DNA of 64,000 nucleotides from Podarcis pityusensis (Eukaryota): the NCBI GenBank assembly GCA_964106645.2, contig OZ067039.1; one strand, given 5' to 3'. Every line of letters starts with the position of its first letter. Within the stretch, counting starts at the first letter, position 1. This document shows, one piece after another, positions 49,596 to 62,490 of this stretch. The translations under genes and the position numbers were made by a program. Under the pieces are notes generated by a model. It was not told where the DNA came from. It saw nothing but the letters and a program-made list of their open reading frames with translations, and did no database searches.

Positions 49596-52378
49596 TGATC
49601 AGCAACAGACATATAAAGAAGCTTGCATTCCCCGCCCCCGCCCCATACACACGCACACACCTCGTAAGCTGGGAAGTGCGCAAATTACCACATCACCGAT
49701 ATCATCACACGTGCACCCAAGCAGAGAAAACCAAATAGCAAGCATGCTCACACAGAAATATCTCCAGATCAGACACAAACAATACAGGCGAGTGCATCCA
49801 TTTTGAAATTAACTGAAGTGCTTGCAAAGTCTGTGTGTATTTTAATTTGTGAGCATGGTCACATGCCTGCCTGCCTGCCTGCCTTTGTATGTGGGAGGCC
49901 TGTGTCCGTCTAGCTGAATCAGAACACTATTCATAGCGTTACATGTGCTCTCTCACACACACTGCCTCTTCCGTGATTGAGTCACTGCTGTTTTTCGTAG
50001 GAGCTGGATTATTCTCTGCCATGGCTTACCTGTCCATAGGCCCGGCCACGGTGCCTGGTAGCAGAAAGCCCCAGACTTGCAGGCTCGTGGAGCCAGTGGT
50101 CCCGAAGGAGCGACTTAAGAGATGCATAGGGCAAAGGAAATTAGATAGCCTGGCTGCATGGACTGTGAAATGAATCTTGTCCCCCCGAGATCCCAGTGTC
50201 AGATTCCCACTCATCAGCACTTTCCTGTCAATGAAGGTCAGGACACAGCTGGGAGCTACGCCACCTCTAATGCATTGACCTGATCTGGGCACAGGGCAGC
50301 AATCAGAACAGAGGGAGAGGTGGCAGCTCTCCTCGCAGGTAATGGTTCCCTGCCCAAATCTTGGGCAACCATCTCCTATCCCAACTCCATCCGGCGGGCC
50401 AAATTGGGCATCACGTGAGATATCCATCAGCAGGGAGACCTACTGAGCCTTTGGTTTGAAACTTAGAAGCAGCCATGGGGGCCCCAGTTTGGCTCAGGGC
50501 TGCAGAACTGGAAGAGGCAACCCTTCTGCAATGCCAACTTAAATCACTCCCTCTAAGACAAACAAAGAGGTATAATGCCTTAACAACAATACCCTGAGCC
50601 ACGGCACTGCACCTCCAATTGTAACTGAGCTGCTTCGGAGTTGCTTAGATCCAAAACACACTTGCCCAACTTTCTCCAATATAATTTTGAGAACTCCCAC
50701 AACTCCTAGCCATCATGGCCAATGGCCCTGCCATCTGGGGATGATGGAAGCAGTAGTTTGAAAACAAGTGGAGGGCGCCATGTTGGGGAAGGCTGATCTA
50801 AAAGAAAAACCTGCTCACAGATCCATGGGCAGCATGGCCCAGAACCACAGCCTTTTCATAGTGATGCCTTGGTCTCAGGGCTCCAAAGCAGCAAATGTTA
50901 TCCGATGCCACCCGGTCACATTCTCATGAAGGTTGCTTTGCTCTGAGGTCTGATGATGCATCTCCAGCCTAGCCTATAGTAATAACAGTGCTTCACATGC
51001 TTTATATAGCACTTTCAAATGTTCAAAGGACTTTGGAGAGCATTATCTTGCACCAGCCCTATAAGGCAGGTCAGTATAGTTATCCACTTACTGCAGACGG
51101 GGCTGACAGGAGCAGGAGAGAGAGAATGGCTTGCCTAAGAGCACCCTGCCGAGTTAATAGCAGGGGTGAGATTTGAACTGGGGGGCCTGCCAGTTCACCA
51201 TTCAGGCATTTTACCCATCATGCTACACTGGCTTTTTGTGTGGGGACGAGGCTAACAAAGCCCCTGAGAAGACAATGGGAATAACCTGGCTCTCTGGAGC
51301 CATTTCCTTCTGGTAGTGAGAGTGCAGACAAATGACAGACCCAGATACCCAGAGCAAGCAGACCCTTACATGCAAGGCGTCATCTCAGCAGGGTGAGGAG
51401 CAGGATTAGCCGCACGTGCATACAATTAAGACACGAGACTCTGACAGCGCGGCACTCCACCCCACTGGAGCAGACTCCCTCCTCCTAGCATGGGGGGGGG
51501 GGGTTAAACCAGGAGCCCAGACTCCTACATAAAACGGCTTCCAGAGATGTTTCTGAGGTTCCTAAACACTCCACTGTTTTCCAGAGAGAACACAACTAGA
51601 ACCACACTTGTGTCAGGTGTAGCTAAATGGTGAATGCGCAGGAGAGAGAGACCCAGCTAGTAAAGATCACAGGACAGAAGGAGGGGGAATCATTGTTAGA
51701 ACTATAAGGGCAGGGAAATTATAGCCCAAAGTCTGGTAAGAGAGGAAGCACACAAAAAAAGGATGGGAGGGAGGCAAGAATCCAGGGTAAACCAGACCTT
51801 GAACCTCTCCAATGACTATGGATTCTGGATCCCACCTTGTTATATCTTCTCTGCCTCTCATTAATTCTTACTGGGGGGAAGATCCAATTAGTTTCCTTTC
51901 CTGGCTTCTAAATGATTTTTCATCCCTGTAATTAATGGGCAAGTCGGAGCGGAGCCGCATGGCAGGCAAATTGCCGGTTCAGGGGAGCGGGGGTAATTTT
52001 CTAGATATGATAATGAGGGTTGCTTTCTTGCTTTTAAATAACGAATTCATTATTGGGGGGGTGGGGGTTGCAATGGGGAAACATCCAGAGCTTTGGGTTC
52101 TTGTTCCTTTGTTGCTTGTTGAGGAGACTCTAATTAGTGAATGGTGCCATCATATCTGAAGGCACTGTAACCACAACTGCCCTGGCATATTTAGGTCAAT
52201 GGTAAGATTCAAACTCTTTGCCCGCTAGCTAGCTTCAGGAGCTGCTGTACCAATTGCCAACAGCAGTAGGTTGTTTTCCAGTTCTGTGTCGCTCTACATT
52301 AATGCACAGTCACATGATTTGTAACTCTGGCCTATGGGGTACATGATGAAAAGGGGCAGAGATAGTGTTATTCATTCT

Positions 52379-52383
<5 letters not shown>

Positions 52384-52428
<45 letters not shown>
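52384..52428. repeat. Compound (TC)13(CA)10 microsatellite
   Basis: Direct count. Confidence 0.95.
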
Positions 52429-53637
52429 GCATTCCTAGCTTTGTGACAAATGTCCTTTTTTATGCTCAAGTAAAGACAACTACAGACTGATTGACAAGCC
52501 TAACTACAAACCTTGTTTACATCTCTCCGTAGTGGAAAGCTGCAAGCGCTGGCTTGTTGTAACTATCGGAGCGTTTTCACTTGGGGGAGAGTTAGGGTCA
52601 TTTATGATTTATGTACCACCAAACCTCCTACTCCACCAACCCTTTTTAAAACAAAAATAAAAATAGCAGGTCTCTGCTGAAGCCGCGCACAATCTAACGA
52701 AGGCCCTTTTATCAGGAATTTCATGACACAGAACGTATGAGAATTTCCTTTGTTGCCACTGGCTTTCCAACCATGACTTTTGCCAGAGATGCACTTCCTG
52801 CTCACTGCTTTGTGTCAGAATGAAAAGGCAATGGTTGTTGGGTGCTCTGATTCATCGAAAACCAGTTGGGGATTGAGGCGGGCAACTGGTAGCTATAAAT
52901 GACCCAAGAGCCCATTGGTACACGTTGTAGAGCATTGCTTGTAAACTTCATAGAACATACAGCATATTTTAATGATCTGTGATTCTGTTCCACGCTCTGG
53001 CCGTAACCATGCACAAAAATCATTCCCCTTCCTTCTTTTATAATCCAGCTGACTTGGGGCCAGAGGCAGTTGCTTCTTTAACCTGCATAGCGCCTGGCCC
53101 CCAAAGAGCAGGAGTGAAGTGCCAATAAAGTGGAACAGAAGGTCAATACTGTTTGAAAGCTCTGCAGTGGACAGAAGGAGACACTTTCATTTAAAGCTGC
53201 CCTGCATGCTTGGGGAGGATGGGTTGGCAGTCCAGCTAGGAAGGAGGAAGCCATGAGCCTTACATCATCCACCGGGCATCACAAGTGTGTGTGAAAGCTC
53301 TGCCATTACCTACCCAGCATCTTGCACAAGCTGCCCAAACAATGCATGGCTAAAGTATCACGAGTCTGGCCGAAATATTATGTTTGCATTTGTAAGCTGC
53401 TTTGAGCAACTCCTTTGCCGTGGGGCAACAGCAGGGTATAATTTAATTTAAAAGTAATTGTTTGTGGATTGTTGGTATATGTGAGAAAGTAAACCACAGC
53501 AAAGCGTAACGCGCTCCAACCATCAACAGACTGGGAAGATTTAACTAACCCAGCTGCTTTCACTCAGCAGCCTGGGGGCTGCCTCCAAGCTACAACCCAC
53601 AGCTGTTTCTCCCCTGTACAAACCTGTTCCTGAGACC

Positions 53638-53975
53638 CAGTAGCATAGCATGGGATGCCAGCACCCAGGGCAAGGAAAGTATTCTGCCCCCCCTAACTGC
53701 CGGATGGAGCTGTGGAAGAGCAGCAGGACCTGCGTGTGCACCTCCTTGGGCTGGGGCTCCACCACAAGGCTTGCTGTGTACCTGCGTCTCCCACTGGTTG
53801 GGGATGTTGCACGGCCGAGGGATGTAAGAGCTCGCCCTCTCCCAGCTGCTGCTTGGCATGCTGCTCAGGCGAGGCATGCGGGATGGGGAGCACCTCCGGC
53901 TGGGATGGCAGTTGCAGTGGTATCCCTAACTTTTTTTGCATCCAGGCCAATAGCCCCACACACGCTATGCTTTTG
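53638..53975. mobile_element. hAT (Tip100-like) non-autonomous element
   Basis: Ends CAGTAGCATAGC / GCTATGCTTTTG; flanks CTGAGACC / CCGATACC (6/8 TSD). Confidence 0.65.
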
Positions 53976-54007
53976 CCGATACCCGTTCCTTTATCTCAAC
54001 TTACAAA

Positions 54008-54192
54008 GGAACATAGGAAACTGCCTTATGCAGAGTCATACCATTGGTGCATCTAGCTCTGTACTGCCAACATTGTATGGTAATGGCATTCCAGGAAAGT
54101 TTTCCTCCCAAGCCCTACCTGGAGGTGCTGAGGACTGAACAGAGATCTTTTGCATGCAAAGCAGATACTCCACCTGTGAGCTATGGTGCTTT
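54008..54192 (-). mobile_element. Squam3-like SINE
   Basis: GGAACATAGGAAACTGCCTTAT...TTTTGCATGCAAAGCAGATACTC..TGAGCTATGG is the reverse complement of the family consensus. Confidence 0.8.
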
Positions 54193-55198
54193 CCAAAGCA
54201 CCAAAGGGGGGTTTAAGCCAGCAGATCGAGGGTTTTTTTATCTATACACAGCCAGCTTAAAGAGGAGGCTTCTTTTCTGAGAGATTATGGGGATGTGTGG
54301 TAGCAGATCACAACTCTTTGCTAAGCAAGAGAAAAGTGAAAACTCCCCCCCCTTGCCTTTTCATTAAGAAGAATTTAGCTGTAACTGTCATCTATGCCCC
54401 AATTAAATATGTTCTTCGTCCAAATTAGCCCTCAGACTTTCCTATCGCTGTGGAATATCACTTCCCTGAAATATTATTTCACTGGGGAGTGGGCTGGAAG
54501 AGATGACCTCTCTGCTTCTGCTTGTGCCTCGGCAGTGAATGATATTATTGACAGTAAGGGGGTGAACTTATTAAGAGTGAAAGGATCCCATTGAAAGTCA
54601 GGAACGCATTGCAACAGACTCTTCCCAGAATTGCCCTCTCTGATATCCAGCCAAAGTCCAAGCAAGCTGGAAAATAGCTGCACATCTGCAGAGTTCCAGC
54701 CTTTTGTGACAGATACAGCCAAAGAGTCTGGCACTGTGGCCCAACAGGCTAAATCAGTTTGCAAAACCCAAGCCTTGGAAAGTGTCCATCTCTGGAAAGG
54801 TTAACCCAAGGATGAGAAAACTGATATTCACTGCAAGATCTGCACCTTACACCAGGGAAACAACAACATTGGCTTGCTCAAACCCCAGCTTCTGTTGTGT
54901 GCCCAAAGGCACCCTTTCTCAGGGTCAGCTCAACTGGCAAACCACTTAGGAGAAGAAATGGAAAGAGGCAGCACATCTTGGCACAGGACTGAGATGGGAC
55001 GAAGTGGTGTGAGAGCAATGTCTTAGACTGGCTTGACTCTATGGGAGCATGCAGTCCTGCAAGCACATGGCTTTCCATTCCTTTCCCCTGTTGCTGGGAG
55101 GAGTCAGAGGAACACATGTGGAAGGTTGAAGCTCTTACACTGCTAGCACCATTGCTTCCTCAAGGCTCACCTCACCATTTATATGTTTGCAAACTTCA

Positions 55199-55547
55199 GG
55201 GACGCGGGTGGCACTGTGGGTTAAACCACAGAGCCTAGGGCCTGCTGATCAGAAGGTTGGCGGTTCAAATCCTCGTGACAGGGTGAGCTCCCGTTGCTCA
55301 GTCCCTGCTCTTGCCAATCTAGCAGTTCGAAAGCACGTCAAAGTGCAAGTAGATAAATAGGTACCGCTCCAGCGGGAAGGTAAACGCCGTTTCTGTGCGC
55401 TGCTCTGGTTTGCCAAAAGCGGCTTAGTCATGCTGGCCACATGTGTGTGCGCCGGCTCCCTCGGCCAATAAAGTGAAATGAGCGCCGCAGCCCCAGAGTC
55501 GGTCACGACTGGACCTAATGGTCAGGGGTCCCTTTACCTTTACCTTT
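55199..55547 (+). mobile_element. Full-length Sauria SINE (lacertid/Podarcis-type)
   Basis: GGGACGCGGGTGGCACTGTGGGTTAAACC head; AAGTGCAAGTAGATAAATAGGTACC core; (ACCTTT)n tail; perfect TSD AAACTTCA(G) at 55191 and 55548. Confidence 0.95.
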
Positions 55548-55965
55548 AAACTTCAGATATGGAGGACATTAGTTCACTGTGTCTTTTTGGTAAGGACTTT
55601 ACTCTAGTCACAAAATGCTGCTCCCACACAAACATACATATGCAACCAGAGTTACGTTTGCAAGTCTTGTTTGAAGACAAAAGGCTAGGATGACAAAGAC
55701 CAAAAACTTTCTCTATCAGAAAAGGTATGGCATCCTTCTGTAGTTTAAGACCATGCCTCAAGACTGAAAACTCTCATTCAAAACAGGGAGCTGGACATAG
55801 CAAGATGGATGATTTATTCACCATCCCAGGTGTGGGGAAACTTTGGCCCTCTATGTGTTGCTGAACTACAGCTCCCATCATCCACAGCCTTGGGCTATGG
55901 TTGCTGGTGGGACTGATGGGAGCTGTTGCTCAGCAGCATTTGGAGGGTCCAAGGTTCCCAACACT

Positions 55966-56036
55966 TAGAATCATAGAATCATAGAGTTGGAAGAGACCAC
56001 AAGGGCCATCGAGTCCAACCCCCTGCCAAGCAGGAA
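55966..56036 (-). mobile_element. Young CR1 extreme 3' end
   Basis: TAGAATCATAGAATCATAGAGTTGGAAGAGACCACAAGGGCCATCGAGTCCAACCCCCTGCC is the reverse complement of the CR1 3' terminus with ATTCTATG repeats. Confidence 0.88.
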
Positions 56037-58144
56037 ACTTGCCCTAGACCAACCTTCTCCACTCTTGAGTAGAAGCAGCAGCTCCCCAGGGCTTGCATAT
56101 CAGGAGCTTCTTGATGCGTCTATTCAGATGCCAATGATTGAACCTGGGACCTGCATGCAAAGGAGCACATGCTGACTTAAGGTCCTATTTCCTTCTCCTC
56201 CTCTTCTAAATATCATACTAATGAAAAAAAGAGAGCATTACTTGCCAAAGCAGCCTGTGATTTCTTGCAGTGCTCACCCATTTGAGGTAGTTTGCATTAG
56301 AGATTATTCTTTGGTCACAGCCCAACATAGTGGAGTTAGGAGAAACCAACTGCAGAAATATGTTTAGCACTTAGTATGTTCCCAGCAATCTTGCCATGAT
56401 CAGAAGCTTGCTGTACAACAAAATTAGTGAAAAGTCCAAGTTGAAGCTAGGTAGCTACTGTAATTAAGAGTAGATCAAATAGTATGCTTGAAACAGAACC
56501 TATTGCTCTGGAGCAAATTCCTAACCACAGATAGCAGCTGGGGCAAGGGAGTTAAGAAGTCCTGAAAGCCAAGGCCACTCTGTGGGAGGTTAGCAGTGGG
56601 GGGTGGAGAGGGGCTAGGAAAGCAAAGAACTCAGAGCCTCGGCTGAAAGGTTCTCTTTTCCGCTCTGCCTCTCTGAGCACATTCAGCCCTGTCTGCAAGG
56701 TGAGTTGGGATCCCCTGGTGACAGGCAAGCAGGAGCTAATTAATGCTCATTAATCCACATGGCTCCTGCAGGGACCGGTCCTGGGAGCACTTAGTCAATG
56801 TTTACAGCTTGGCTTTACAGTTTTCAGTCAATGACCCTCTCAGCCTCACATGTGCGAGTGGAGTGAAATGTGTATGTGTCACCTGCAGTCCTGGTGATCG
56901 GGAGGCAAGGCTCTGTTCACTGACGGGCCAGCACTGAGGGGCAATGGGCAAGGAAGCCAAGGCTCCTGGGTCTTACGATCCATGATGCCATGTGGCATGG
57001 GAGTACTGTGGGGGGCAAGCTCCCCATACAGCAAGTGGCTTCATGGACAGGCCATTTTCAGGATGGCAGGTCGATCCCCCAGCCCCGTTTCTCAAAGGTA
57101 GGCCTGCAGGAAAATAGTGGCTCTCTTCTTTATAGACTGGCAACTAATGGTGCCAGCTGTAAACTGTTAAGCCATAGGTTAGGCCTTCCAGACTTGTTTT
57201 GTGCTACGGCTCCCATCCTCCTATTCGCTGATGGGAGCCAGAGTCCAGCACAATCTGAGGAGCAAAATATTGGCAAACCCTGCAAACAAACAAACAAACC
57301 TACAGTTGCATCACAAGGTATCAAAGTGGTAAAGAGCTGAGTTTCCAGCTCTGTTGTTCTTGCTCCAACTTACACCCTTCTAGGACAAAAGAAAGTTGGT
57401 GTACATCACACAACAAGTGTGCTCATCCTTGTCTTCCCGCCCCCAGCAGCAGGAAGGGAATGTGCTGCTTTGTCAGAAACTCAATTAGGACACTTCCTCC
57501 CCACCAAACGCTCTGAGCCCCTGACCAAATTAAACTGGAGCTCTTCTCCCCAGCTTGGCTCCAACCAATTATCGCCATAATCACGTCTGCGCCCAGTTAT
57601 CCTATCAATTAGCCGCAGCCTTTGCAGAGAAGCGGGTGGGAGCTATGGATGGGAAGATTGCTGAGGAAGAGAAAGGGATGGATTGGAAGGAAGGTGGAAA
57701 AGTTAGGTGGAGAGGGTGAAGAGAACAAGGGGGGGAAAGGTAAATGAGAAGCTATTGTTTGTGTTTTTCAATAATTAGCTATCAGATTGGCTTTACAGTT
57801 GTCAGCATCGCTACTAAGATGCCACTGTCATGCTGTGTGATTGGGGCAGGTATTTATACAAAGGAACCCATGGAATCCTGATGGGCATCTATCTGCCTTG
57901 GAGGAATTTATACTGGCAACTTTTGTTCTCTAGTCACACTCATTTGTATATTAAAATACAGAGATAGCCTAAACCAGAAGAACATGTTTCTTGAGCTAAC
58001 TAATGACCAGAGTGCTGGATATAAGATTCTGAGCTAGGCAGAGCTCTTTTGGGGGCAGAGCTTTGACTCAAAGCAATTTTTTTAAAAATAAAAATAAATT
58101 AAGTCACTTCTCTGAGCTGAGGTTGATGCAGTGAACTAGGGATG

Positions 58145-58330
58145 TGGTGTGGTGTAGTGGTTAGAGTGCTGGACTAGGAACAAGGAGACCCAGGTTCAAA
58201 TCCTCACTCAGACGTCAAAATCACCTGGCCTGCCCCCTCTCCTCAGTCTAACTTAACTCGCAGAGTTGTGATGATAACACAGTGTGGCAATGACCATATG
58301 TGCTGCTTGAAAGAAGGGGGGGAATAAAAG
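58145..58330 (+). mobile_element. MIR/CORE-like tRNA-derived SINE
   Basis: GTGTGGTGTAGTGGTTAGAGTGCTGGACTAGGA..GGAGACCCAGGTTCAAATCC (A and B boxes). Confidence 0.75.
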
Positions 58331-60054
58331 CAGTAGAGTCTTCCCTAAAACAAAGGAATGGGTTGGCCTAATTCAGGAGGGGGGAACTTGAGGGCTGGGG
58401 GACATTTGCAGCCCTGAAGGCCTCTCCATACAGACACATACACCATCCCCAGGCCACATCCTTCACTGGTCCTGCTCTGTGCCCTCCTTGACTGCTTTTG
58501 CCTGGCTGACAGGTTTCCTTTAACTGAGATAATGCCTGGTGCTTGCCTGGATAAAAATACTGTGTGAGATGGAAGGTATGTGTGGAAACCTCTAACTTTT
58601 GCATGGCTGGAATTTACCCTACAGTGCAAAAGCAAAAGTTGCATTTATTGCTCTGTGCACTTTTTATCTCCCTTCCCGCTGCTATGGAGGAACGTGCCTT
58701 CCCACCACCTCCATGGCATAAATAGAGGCTGTTAACTGCAGCCTTGTGAGTAAGTCCAGAAGTTACTGGCCTGCAAAGAAACGCTTTTAGCCTGCTGTGG
58801 GCTGGCAAAGGAGGGATAGAGCTCCATCTCTCCTGCAACGGCCCACTGTATGACTGGGCTGTGCAAGCAGGAGGGGGCTTCCATCCTCTCACTGCCTGCA
58901 TGGTTTCTATCCTGCATGCAGAAGAGGGACAGAGTGCTCCATTCCTCCTCCACCAACCAGCCTTGCTCTTCTGCTTGCCTGCAATTCCTATGGCTATCAA
59001 ACGACTGTTTAAAAACATGGTTGGTTAATAAGATTACCAGCACACAACCTTCACAAGGTAGAAGGTTACACATCCACTTACCACTTTACCTGCAAATAAG
59101 ATACTAAACATTTTTATAAGATGCCAATTTGGGGCGCAGTGGGAGGATCAAGATATTGGTTCCTTTTCCCTAAAACCCTGTGTATTCCTATTTTTTATTT
59201 TTATTTTACTTTCAGTCCCTATTCATGAAGAGTTCTTAAAAGCTCACTCATTTAAAAAAATACAGATTCGGAAATATATCTTCCCTTCATCTAAAAAAGG
59301 GCCAGAGATACAGAGGAAGAATTCTGGAATGTACAGTATCTTATTGCTATAAGGGAGTCTTCATTGAAAGATGGAAAGTTGCCTTCATATGCCCAGACTT
59401 TAGATGTTCAAGGCACATCTAAAAGCAGTACTTCAACAACCATCATCCCGCACTACTGGTCATGCTAGCTGGGGCTGATGGGAGCTGGAGTTCAACAAGG
59501 TCTGGTGGGCCATGGGTTTCCCACCTCTGTTCTGAAGAGTGGAACTACTGGCCACGTTGTGCAGTTTGTCCAGCTGAAGCCAGCCTGAGTAAGGTCCATG
59601 GCTGCCACAGTGACCTCTCAGTACTAGCACTGCCACTGTGTACTGGCTAGAAGTATGTGGCTACTGTCCCCAAACATTTCTTTGGCAGCAGAACAGGTCC
59701 TTTGCTAAAGTGCCATGCATGTCTGCTCAGCTGAGCTATCCCAAGCCTGGGGAAAGCAAGAGAGCTGAAAGAAAAATGTAAATACCGAAAAATATTCCTG
59801 CCTGCTGCTAGGGTACGAGGGAAACAGGACCCCTCACTCTGCAGGGAGCCCTCTTTCCTCAGCTAAGGGACATCTCAGGGTATAGTAAGTCTCTTTTCCA
59901 TTACTCACCATAAGACACTGGAAAAAAAAAGAGCAATATGTTGAAAGACAATCCCTTAACCATGATATGAGCCCATTTGAGCTCCAAAGATTGTGTCATC
60001 CCAAGGCAGATTGTGGAACAACGGCAAAGAGTTGGGAATGTGATCTCACTGTCT

Positions 60055-60320
60055 CAGGCCTATACCAAGACACTTAGCTGCCTGAGGCAAAGGGCAAGAT
60101 GGCCTCCCCTATTCTACATACAGAAGTCAACTAGACTGGCAGTGGAATCTCACTGACAATGAGATAACATCTTCCACTGTACCTCAGGGCAGCAGACCAA
60201 CTTATAAGGTGCAGGGAAGGCCACACCACATTCACAAATATGTTGTGCCACCCCCCAACTCCACCTGTGTCCATCACCTGAGGCAGCCATTCACTCTGCC
60301 TAATGACAAGGCTGACCTTG
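60055..60320. mobile_element. hAT (Tip100-like) non-autonomous element
   Basis: Flanks CACTGTCT / CACTTTCT (7/8 TSD); internal GCTGCCTGAGGC and CCTGAGGCAGC subterminal motifs. Confidence 0.72.
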
Positions 60321-60739
60321 CACTTTCTATGGCTGTAAAGTCAGTGTAACAGGGGGACTTGGGTAGGTAGTGGGGCTAGTGAGAAGTAAAGGAAAAGTGT
60401 GAGTCTCTGAAATTATAGGCCAGTTAGCTCAATGCCTTCTCCTGGTAGAAATCATTAATAAAGGAAAAATTATTAAGCATATAGTCATGCTGGAGAAAAA
60501 TCAGCATGGCTTCTGAAAAAGCTAATCCTGTTGCCACCATCTTTGTTGGGCTCTTTGAGTTCAGATCCAGCCCTACCATTAGGCGAGGTGAGCCACCAGT
60601 CTCAGACAGACAGTGAGTTTTTGCACACACTCACTCTCTCTCTCTCTCTCTCTCTCTCCCATATCCACCCACGAGTGATTGAGCTGCTGTCAGTGTCAGT
60701 GCTGCTGAGCATGCAGCTCCAGGTGTAAATGAGCTGGAC

Positions 60740-60990
60740 CAGGGGTCAGCAAACTTTTTCAGCAGGGGGCCGGTCCACTGTCCCTCAGACCTTAAGGGGC
60801 CGGACTATATTTTTTGGGGGGGGGGAATGAATGAATTCCTATGACCCACAAATAACCCAGAGATGCATTTAAAATAAAAGGACACATTCTACTCATGTAA
60901 AAACACGCTGATTCCTGGACCGTCTGCAGGCCAGATTTAGAAAGCAATTGGGCCGGATCCGGCCCCCGGGCCTTAGTTTGCCTACCCATG
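60740..60990. mobile_element. hAT (Charlie-like) MITE
   Basis: Imperfect TIRs CAGGGGTCAGCAAACT / AGTTTGCCTACCCATG; perfect 8-bp TSD AGCTGGAC (60732-39, 60991-98). Confidence 0.92.
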
Positions 60991-61649
60991 AGCTGGACTG
61001 TCACGTCCCCCTTTCATTGTGTGGCTACAAGCTGCAACAGAGCTGGACTCAGCTAGGCTCAGCTGGCCTGGTCCCCCCCTTACTTCAGCTCCAGGGCAAA
61101 AAGTCTTAAGTCTCACTCAAGCCAAGGGAACGAGTGGCAAGGAGAAATTGGCTGCTGAGTGACTGTGAACAAACTGGAGTGGCTTCCTATCACTCAGAAA
61201 AAAACCTAAGTTGATGCCAGCTCCTCACTCTGCTTTCCTATCTGTTAGAAAAGGTGAGCAGCGTGGCCCAACTCTCTTTTCCTCCCTGCCCTCAACCATT
61301 ACCCAGTGATTTAAGAGAGTAAACATGCATAGGATTAATCTGCAAGCCGAGGTAGAACAGACAATTTGAAATTTAAAGCGTTCGGTTCTTAAAGGAAAGC
61401 TCTTTTAAGACAATTACCGGTACTTATATTGTTCACTTATATAATACTGCAATCCTACCAAGTCAACTTTGTGTTATATATACTATGTTTATTCCTCATG
61501 ACTGTCTCATGCTTGGGGTTACCCAGTAAATTTGATGGACAACTAATTCTTCTTCACGTAATACATCAGCTTATTGCAATTTTGTGCCACATGGTGAGGT
61601 GATGTAAGAGGTTCATAAGACAGGACTGATCCAGTGTCCAAACTTAGTG

Positions 61650-61890
61650 CAGTGGTACCTTGGTTTAAGAACAGCGCTGTTTACGAACTATTCGGAATTC
61701 GAACTCTGCAAAACTGGAAGTAGTGTTCCAGTTGGCGAACTTTACCTTGGTCTACGAATGGAAGCTAAATGGTGGAAGGGCACCAGTGGCGGGATTCCTC
61801 ATTAGGGAAAGCGTGGCTCAGTTTAAGAACGGCTTTGGTTTAAGAACAGACTTCCAGAATAGATTAAGTTCGTAAACCGAGGTACCACTG
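61650..61890. mobile_element. Tigger/pogo-like (Tc1/mariner superfamily) MITE
   Basis: TIRs CAGTGGTACCT(T/C)GGTTTA; TA at the right flank, TG at the left. Confidence 0.88.
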
Positions 61891-62424
61891 TAGTTGTGGA
61901 ATAAGAGAAGTCCTCTTAGGAATTGGCAACTGAGTAAAGAACAGGAAGCAGAAGGTAGGAATAGATTGTTATTTCCCACTGTGGAATAGTGTAAGAAATA
62001 AGAGCCCCCCAAGGATCTGTATTGGAGCTGGTGCATTTCATCTTGTTCCTAAACGTTCTGAAGTTAGGTGCGAGGTGGCCATGTTTACTGATGAAACCAG
62101 ATCATTTAGGATGTGATTAGCTCCAAATGTCTCTCTCCAAAACGAGTGAATGGGCAATAACATGGCAAATGTGGTTCTATGTGACTTAGTGTAAATGTGT
62201 TGTTGGGACAATACTGTGGCAAGAGATTTCCTCCCAAAGTGGTGTATAAATCTGCTAAATAGATGAGACAAAAAGATAATTCTAATTTCCCACAGGAGGG
62301 AAAGCTAGACCAGGAGGCCTTTGGTCTGATCCAGGTGTCTCATGTTCATTATCACATTCACATTGTATTGATTTCCTAACACTTTATATCCCTCGTTTCT
62401 TCCTCCAAGGTGGTATACATGTAG

Positions 62425-62490
62425 CTCCTTGGTGATCTCCCACCTAAGTACAGGCTAGACCCAGGCTTGCTTAGCTTCAGCAAGATGGGA
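62425..62490 (-). mobile_element. 5S-rRNA-derived fragment (SINE3-type head or 5S pseudogene)
   Basis: Reverse complement GAAGCTAAGCAAGCCTGGGTCTAGCCTGTACTTAGGTGGGAGATCACC resembles the 5S internal control region GAAGCTAAGCAGGGTCGGGCCTGGTTAGTACTTGGATGGGAGACCGCC; the rest of 5S is not intact. Confidence 0.65.

Noticed and set aside
50026-50427. 133-aa ORF as a stand-alone gene or alternative signal-peptide exon
   Set aside because: No recognisable homology. The donor phase does not fit direct splicing to exon 216-3, and the phase-1 frame has a TAA with no later ATG. Kept only as a candidate non-coding exon.
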